Translations under genes and position numbers: made by a program
Notes under the pieces: model-generated
The model's input: only the letters and a program-made list of their open reading frames with translations
Told to the model about the DNA's origin: nothing
Databases searched by the model: none
Part shown: positions 17,561 through 26,500 of the stretch, piece after piece
Layout: the number at the start of each line of letters is the position of its first letter
How positions within the stretch are numbered: the first letter of the stretch is position 1
From: Acidobacteriota bacterium
Lineage (GTDB): Bacteria > Acidobacteriota > UBA6911 > RPQK01 > JAJDTT01
Length of the DNA: 64,000 bases
Assembly (NCBI GenBank): GCA_965217775.1
Contig: CBDCJH010000002.1
Location: forward strand, 2,560,001-2,624,000
Reading direction: 5' to 3'

Positions 17561-20500
17561 TCATCTTTGAATCGGCACCACCGGCAGCGTGGTGAAGATC
17601 CGGTTGCCGGTGTCCAGCTCCACCGCGACTCCCGTGAACAGGCCTTCCCCGAGAGCCGTGCATCTCACCGATCCGACGAAGTCTCTGGTATCCGTCCGGG
17701 TGAAGACCTCTTCGATGAAACGGGCTTGCTGTCCGTGGGCGTTGAGACGGATGTCCGCCTCTTCCAGGGGCTCGCCCCCGCTCATTAACCGGCACCGCAC
17801 CGTTGCGCGCTGCGCCGCCAAGTTGCGGATCGCCGCTGCGGTGCGGATCCCGCCTGCCTGCCGCCGCGCCGGGAACAGCGCGTCCGACGTGGGTTGACTC
17901 GCGCCCACGCCGGCCACGCCGACGCCGGGAATGTCGAAGCGCAGGACGCCGCCGATGGGCCCGTTCGCCACCACCCGCACCGATCCGGTGACCACGTCTC
18001 CGCGGCCGTGAGTCGAGATCGTCAACTCGCCCAGACGGGCCATGGCGGTTCGCAGGGTCAGACCTCCGTCCTCTCGGACGAGAAGATGGTCTTCGACCTC
18101 CACCATCGATTCCGGCTCCAGCAGTTCGCCGCCGTGATCGTAAAAGTAGATGGCGGGACGGGCCGTTGACGCCGCCACGTTCACCAGCACCAGGTCGGAG
18201 GTGATCAAGGTCCCGTCGCCGGAGGTTCCATTGGCGAAATGGGCGAGGTTGAGGGTCGTTTCCTGGTCTTCGATAGCCTCCGGGCCGATCGGCACCACCG
18301 GGAGGGTGGTGAAGATCCGGTTGCCCGCATCCAGCTCCACCGCCACTCCCGAGAACGACTCACCGGCCGGGACCGTACAACGCACCGACCCCACGAAGTC
18401 CGTGGTGTCGGTCGCGGTGAACAGTTCCTCGATGAACTGGGCGGCCTGGCCGTTGGCGCTCAACGGGATCTCCCCCTCTTCCAGCACCCTGCCGTCCTTC
18501 ATCAACCGGCACTGCACGTCGACGGCCTCCAATCCCAGGTTGTGGATGGCCGCCGCGGTGCGGATCCCTCCGGCCTGCCGCCGGGCCGGGAACAGGGCGT
18601 CCGCCGTGGGTTCGCTGGCGCCCACGCCGGCGACGCCGATTCCGGGGATGTCGAAGCGGACTACGCCTCCGATGGGGCCGTCCGACACGACTCGGACCGA
18701 TCCCGTCACCACTACGCCCCGGCCGTGCGTCGAGATCGTCAGCTCGCCCAGCGATGCGATCTCCTTCCGGGGCGACAGCCCACCGTCCTCCCGGATCTCC
18801 AGATCCTCCCCGACATCTACCACGGACTCGGCTTCAAACAGATCTCCCGCCCGGTCGAAGAAGTAGATGACGGGACGAATCTCTGACTCGGCTACGTTCA
18901 CCAGCACCAGGTCGGAGGTGATGAGCACGTCATTGCCCGAATAGCCGTTTCCGAAATGAGCGAACTCCAGGATCACCTCCTTGGCCATGGGCGTGGCCTC
19001 GACCGGGCTCGAGGGAGGACTTGGACCGACCGAATTCACCGCCCGCACCTCGAAGACGTAGGTCCGGCCGTTCGTCAGTCCGGTGACCGTATGGGTCCGG
19101 TCCGTGGAACCGATGGAGATCCAGTCCCCGGCCCGGTCGATCCGGACCTCGTAGTCCATGATGGCGGCGCGGCCGTCGCTCTCGGGGGCCTCCCAGAAGA
19201 GCGTCATTTCACCGTCCCCGCCTTCTGCCTGCAGGTTCAACGGCGCCGTGGGTACCGTCGCAGCCGGAGGCGGAGGAGGTGGTGGCGGCGGCGGTGGCGG
19301 TGGAGGTGGCGGCGGCGGTGGCGGTGGAGGTGGCGGCGGCGGTGGGGGAGGAGGGGGAGGAGGTGGTGGTGGGGGCGGGGCCGAGACTTCGTTGTCCTGG
19401 ACCGTCACGCGGGCGCTCCGGGTCGAGGTCGGTCCCAGCCGGTACTCGTCTTCCGGCTGTAGCCTGGCGGTGACCCGGCTGGTGGATTCGGCGACATCGT
19501 CATCGTCGGTCAACACTTCCAGCGTCGCCGTCTCCTGTCCGGACCGGAACTCCACCTCCTCCGGCGGTTCGTACCCGCCCGAGGTCTCGATCATCGATCT
19601 CGTCTCCGTGACCTCCAGGCTCACCGTCAGCGTGGCCTCCGTCGGCGGCCCCCGCGTCAGGGTGAACACCACGGTGTCGCCTTCCGTCACCGTTTCGGAT
19701 CCCTGCTTGGCTTGGATCGTGACCAGGGGCGGGTCCACCCGGTGATCGATCAACCCCTCCACGGCGTTACCCGCCTCGTCCTGGATCGGGTTGAACCCTG
19801 GCGTATAGCTCACCATCACGGGTTCGCCCGCCGTCACCTCTGAGGTCAGCGTCAAGATGACGCTGTTTCCGCTCACCCGAACTTGGACCACCGTTCGATC
19901 ATCCCCGGCCACCGTCACCGCGAAATCGAACCGCGATGGCGTCGAGCCCTCATCCAGCGCCTCGTCGTAGGTCAGCGCCACCCGCGAGCCATGCACCGTG
20001 ACGCCCTCCAGTTCCGGCACGCTCGCATCCACCTTGTGGCCCGCCTGAGCCTCAACCGCCTCATAGCTCCGCGCCGCCGTGTTGTCCGCCAGATCCAGGA
20101 TCTTTCCCCCGTTCAGAGAGATGCTCCCGCGCGGGACGCTCACTCCGTCCTCGTCCTCGTCTCCCTTCTCCACCGTATAGACGAACACCACCGCCGGCCG
20201 GTCCGGCCCCGCACTGGCGGCGGCCCGCTTCCGCCGGGTCCCCACCAGCAGATCCAACGTCGGCGTTCCGCGAATGGTGTCCACCGTCACCGTCTCGTCG
20301 TACCGCACCGTCACCGAGATCATGTCGTCGACCGCGTAGGTCTCGTCCGTCCCCGGGTCCGAGCTGATCTGGATCCCTTCGATCGACGGCGCCGTCGTGT
20401 CCGGCGTCCGGTTGTCCACGAACTCGTCCCTGAACGCTTCGGCATCGTTGCCGATCGCATCCTGGATCGGATTCGATCGCGGCTCGTAGCTCACCCGGAT

Positions 20501-23500
20501 CCCCGTCTCTCCGTGCTCCGCCGCTGGATTCACCGTCAGCCGAACCTCACTCCCGGTCACCTGAACCCGAGTCACGGTGCGCGTCTCGTTGCCTCCCTCC
20601 ACGGTGAAGTCACTCGTCAACGGTCGTAAGGAGGTATTCAGGGGTTCGTTGTAGGTCAACGTCAGCGTCGCGCCGTTGACCACCGCCGGATCGGTCAGCG
20701 CCAGGACCGGGGCCACCGCGTCCACCTTGTGGCTTGAACTGGCCGCCACGGCCATATGGTCCAGCACGGCGTCATTGCCCGCCCCGTCGCGGATCGTCCC
20801 GCCGGCTCGCGACAGCCGGTTCGCCTCAAGGCTCACTCCATCCTCGTCGTTGTCATCCGTGACCACCCGGTAGGCGAACTTCACCGCTTGGTTCGAGACG
20901 CTCCTGTATTCCGCCGTTCGGCTTCGGCCGCCCACGTCCAGGGTCACTTCCGGCGTTCCGGTGATCACCACCGTCTCGTCGAACGTCACCGTCACCTCGA
21001 TGGTCTCGTCCACGCCGTAGGTCCGGTCCGACCCCGCACTCGAGGTGATCCGAACCGTCGACACGGCCGGTCCCATCGTGTCTGCCGTCCGGTTCGTGAC
21101 GCTCCTGTTGCTCAACCGGTCCGCGTCGTTCCCTGCGGTGTCCTGGACCGGATTCGATCCCGGCTCATAGTTCACCCGGAGGCGGCTCTCTCCCTCCGCG
21201 ACGGCCGAGCTCAGCGTCAGGAACACCGCGCTTCCGCTGACCCGGACTCCGGTGACCGTCCGCGTCTCACTCCCTCCCGTCACGGTGAAGTCGTCCGTCG
21301 CCGGCACCGAAGAGGAATCCAACGGCTCGCCGTAGGCCAGCGTCAGCGTTGTGCCTTTGGCCACCGCTCCATCGCTGGTCGCCAATGTGGGCTTGACGCC
21401 ATCCACCTGGTGCCGGGAATTGGCCACTACCGGCGCGTGGTTCAGCCCGGCGTTGTTCCGGGCGCCGTCCCGGATCGTGCCGCCGGACAGGCGGTTCGCC
21501 TCGATACTCACCCCGTAGGCGGCGCTGTCGCCCGAGACCACCTGGTATTCGAACCTCACGGCGGCCCCCGTGACGTCCTGGTAGTTGGCCGTCCGGTTCC
21601 GGCCGCCCAGGTTCAGCGTCAACTGCGGCGTTCCCGTCACCACCACCGTTTCGTTGAAGGTCACCGTCACTTCAATGGTCTCGCCGGCTGCGTAGGTTGA
21701 ATCCGATCCCGCATTCGAGGTGATCCTCACCGTCTCCACGGCCGGCCCCGTGGTGTCCCCCGTGTGGTTCGTGACCGGTTCGTTGTTCAACCCGTCTGCG
21801 GCGTTGCCCACCGTGTCCTCGATGGGGTTCGTCCCCGCCTGGTAGCTCAACCGGAGGCCGCTCTCTGCGTCCGTCACGGCCGGGTTCAACCTCAGCAGGA
21901 CCGCGCTTCCGCTCACCTGCACCCGAGTGACCGTTCGGGCCTCACTCCCCCCGGTCACGGTGAAGGCGCTCGTCGCTGGTCGAGATGACGACCTCAGCGG
22001 CTCGCTGTAAGCCAGCGTCAGCGTCGTTCCGTTCACCACCGCCCCGTCCGTACTCGCCAGCATCGGGGGCACCCCGTCCACCTGGTGCCGGGAGTCGGCC
22101 GCCACCGCCGCGTGGTCCAAAGTGGCGTCATTCCCGGCGCCGTCGCGAATCGTCCCGCCGCCTCGTGACAGGCTGTCCGCATCGATACTCACCCCGTCCC
22201 GGTCGCTGTCGCCCCGGGCGACCCTGTACTCGAACTTCACGGCCGCCCCCGTGACATTCAGGTAGTCGGCCGTTCGACTCCGGCCGCCCAGGTTCAACGT
22301 CAACCGCGGCGTCCCCGTCACCACCACCGTCTCGCCGAACGTCACCGTCACCTCGATGGGATTGTCCACTCGGTAGGTCCGATCCGAACCCGCATTCGAG
22401 GTGATCCGCACCATCTCGACCGTCGGCCCCGCCGTGTCTCCCGTCCGGTTCGTGACGCTCTGGTTGCTCAACCGGTCCGCGTCGTTGCCGGCCGTGTCCC
22501 GGATCGGATTCGATCCCGGCTCATAGTTCACCCGGAGGCGGACCTCTCCGACCGCGACGGCCGAACTCAGCGTCAGGAACACCGCGCTTCCGCTCACCCG
22601 GACTCCGGTGACCGCCCGCGTCTCACTCCCTCCCGTCACGGTGAAGTCGTCCGTCGCCGGCACCGAAGCGGAATCCAATGGCTCGCCGTAGGCCAGCGTC
22701 AGCGTCGTTCCGTTCACCACCGCTCCGTCGGTCGTCGCCAGTGCGGGCTTGACCCCATCCACCCGGTGCCGGGAATCGGCCGCCACCGGCGCGTGATTCA
22801 GCACGGCGTTGTTCCGGGCGCCGTCCCGGATGGTCCCACCGGACAGGCGGTTCGCATCGAGGCTCACGCCGTAAGCAGCACTGTCGCCCGAAACCACCTG
22901 GTATTCGAACCTCACGGCGGCCCCCGTGACGTCCTGGTAGTTGGCCGTCCGGTTCCGGCCGCCCAGGTTCAACGTCAACCGCGGCGTCCCCGTCACCACC
23001 ACCGTCTCGCTGAACGTCACCGTCACTTCGATGGTCTCGCCGGCCGCGTAGGTTGAATCCGATCCTGCGTTCGAGGTGATCCTCACCGTCTCCACGGTCG
23101 GCCCCCTGGTGTCCCCCGTGTGGTTCGTGACCGGTCGGTTGTTCAGCTCGTCCGCGGCGTTCCCCACCGTGTCCTCGATCGGGTTCCCGCCCGGCTGGTA
23201 GCTCAACCGGAGGCCGCTCTCCCCGTCCGTTACGGCCGGGTTCAACGTCAGCAGGACCGCGTTTCCGCTCACCTGGACCCGGGTGACCGTCCGCGTCTCA
23301 CTGCCCCCGGTCACGGTGAAGGCGCTCGCCGCCGGCCGCGAGGAGGAGTTCAGCGGCTCGCTGTAGGCCAGCGTCAGCGTCGTTCCGTTCACCACTGCCC
23401 CGTCCGTACTCGCCAGCATCGGGGGCACCCCGTCCACCTGGTGCCGCGAGTCGGCCGCCACTGCCGCGTGGTCGAGCTGCGCGTTATTCCGGGCGCCGTC

Positions 23501-26500
23501 GCGGATCGTGCCTCCACCGCGCGACAGGCTGTCCGCATCGATACTCACGCCGTCCCGGTCGCTGTCGCCCCGGGCGACCCTGTACTCGAACTTCACGGCC
23601 GCCCCCGTGACACTCAGGTAGACGGCCGTTCGACTCCGGCCACCCAGGTTCAGCGTCAACCGCGGCGTGCCCGTCACCACCACCGTCTCGTTGAACGTCA
23701 CCGTCGCCTCGATGGGATCGTCCACGGCGTAAGTTGAATCCGATCCCGCACTCGAGGTGATGCGCACCGTCTCCACGGTCGGCCCCGTCGTGTCTCCCGT
23801 GACGTTGTTGACCGGCTGGGAGGGCAACGGGTCCGCATCGTTGCCGGCCGTGTCCTGAATCGGGCTCGCGCTCGCCCCCGTCGGCACCGTGTACCTCACC
23901 CGCAGGCCCGTCTCCCCGTGCTCCACCGCCGGATTCAGGGTCAGCTCCACCGCGCTTCCGCTCACCCGGACTCCCGTGACGGTCCGCGTTTCACTCGCTC
24001 CGGTCACGGTGAAGGCGTCGTTCCCCGGCGCCGAAGACGTATCCAGCGGCTCGCCGTAGGCCAGCGTCAGCATCGTCCCGTTCGCGACGGCACCGCCGGT
24101 GCTTGCCAGTACGGGCTTGATGCCGTCCACCTTCTGCCCGGTGTCGGCCGCCACGGCCGTATGGGTCAGGACGGCATGGTTCCTTGCGGTGTCCCGGATC
24201 GTCCCGGTGCCCCGCGACAGGCTGTCCGCCTCGAGGCTCACCCCGTCGGTGTCGCTGTCGTTGGTGGCCACCGTGTAGGCGAAGACCACCACCGCCCCCG
24301 TGACGCTCTCGTAGTTCGCCGATCGATCCCTCTCTCCCACCTTCAACGTCACCCGGGGCGTCCCGGTCACCAGGACCGTCTCGCTGAAGGTCACCGTCAC
24401 CTCGATCTCCTCGCCGGCCCCGTAGACGTCGCGGCTGTCCGGGGGATCCGACGTGAGCTCCACCGAGGTGACGGTCGGTGGGATCCGGTCCGGAGTCTCG
24501 TTCGTCACCGGCGCGCCGCTCAGCCGGTCCGCGTCGTTTCCGGCCCGGTCCTGAATCGGCGTCGCCCCCATCCCGGCCGGGACCGTGTAGCTCACCCGGA
24601 TCCCCGTCTCCCAATGCGCCACCGCGGAGGACAGAGTCAGATCCACCGCACTTCCCCTCAACGCAACATTGGAGACCGCGCGGGACGAAGACCCCCCCGA
24701 CACGGAGAAGGCGCCGGAAGGCGGCGTTGACGCCGAGTCCAGCGTCTCGGTATAGGTCAGCGTCAGCGTCGTTCCGTTCACCACCGCTCCGCGGGTCGCC
24801 GCCAACTCCGGCTGGATGCCGTCCACCTGGTGCCGCGATTGGGTTCCCAGCGCCCGGTGATCCAGATCGGCCTCGTTGTCCGAGCCGTCTTTGAGGGTTC
24901 CTCCGTTCAGCGACAGGCTGTCGGCCGCGATGCTCACTCCGTTGGCGTCGACGTCCCCGGGGACCACCCGGTAGCGGAACAGCACCTCCTCGTCGGCGAC
25001 GCTGTCGTAGTCCGCCGGTCGATCCCGGTTGCCCACCTTCAGCGTCAACTGCGGCGTCCCGGTCACGAAGACCTCCTCGCTGAAGGTCACCGTCACCTCG
25101 ATCTCGTCCCCGATCGCGTATGTTGAATCCGATCCCGCATCCGACGTGATCTCCAGCTTGCTGACCGTCGGGTCCGTCGTATCCGGGATCGGCACGAACA
25201 CCGAGACCCGCCGGCTTCGGCTCGCTTCGCCGCCATGGACCACGGCCGCCACTTGATAGACGTAGGTGGCGCCGGCGGGCGCGTCGGTATCGACGTAGGT
25301 GCGGCTTGAAGTGTTCTCGGAGAGGATCTCGACCGTGGCCCCTTCCCGCGTGACGGTGTAGGTGACGTTCGCCTCCGGGGTCCAGTGGGTCGCGTCCACC
25401 GCGGTCCATTCCAACTCCACCTGTCCCACGCCCCGCGTCGCCATCAGAGTCGGACCTTCCCGGATCTGATGGCCGAACTCCTTCCAGTCGCCGGTCCCCT
25501 TCAGCACCGGATATTCGTCGGTCATCCCGAAGTGCCAGGGGTCGTCCTCCATGCCGTCGCCGTCGAGGTCCACGTTCCAGTCCGCGTAGATGCCGCTGTA
25601 GCCGGTGGGCGCCTGCAGAGTTCCCGTGCTCCGGCCGACGCCTCCGTCGCCGGTGGATTGGCCCGACGTCGTCCTGTCCCAGTAGCTGACGCTGATCTCG
25701 CGGGAACCGAACCGTCCGACCAGTCCGCCGACCTGCTCCTCGCCCGACACCGGGCCGGTCGCGTAGCTGGCCGTGATCGCGCGGACGCCGCCGGTGAAGG
25801 ACTCCCCCACCAGCCCACCCACGCTCGTCGTGCCCGACACCCGGCCGGTCGCGTAGCTGGCCGTGATCGCGCCACCGTAGTAGTTCTCCCCGGCCAGTCC
25901 GCCGACATGGCTGTTGCCCGACACCCGGCCGGTCGCGTAGCCGGCCACGATGGCGCCGTCGTTTCTACCCGCCAACCCACCGACCCGCTCCTCACCGGAC
26001 ACCCGGCCCGCCGCGTAGCTGGCCGTGATCTTGCCGGTGTTGCTACCCACCAACCCACCGACCCAGGAGTTTCCCGTCACCTCGATCTCGATGACCCCGA
26101 CATTACGAATACTGCCGGACCGGTCGGTTTTGGCGAACAGCCCGACCCCGTTCTCCGTGGGCCGGTTGATGAACAGGTGGCGAATGGCATGCCCGTTGCC
26201 CTCGAACTCTGCTCCGTATGAGGTCCCCCCGCCGTTACTGACAGGGTCCCAGCCGGCGCCCCCGTTCCACCAGGTGGTGTCGTCCGCAGCGACCCGACCG
26301 TCCCCGTTGGCGTCATCGTTCGTATCGACCTGGCCATCCCCGTTGACGTCCAGGAAGTCCAGTTCCGCCAGCAGCTCGTAGCCAATGCACGCCCCCTGGC
26401 AGCGCAGCCGCTCCTGGTCGTCGGGGAACGCCAGGGGGAACGCCGCTCGATACACCGCTGCTCCGCGGATAGAGGGCTTGCCATTGCCGTCCAGGTCATG

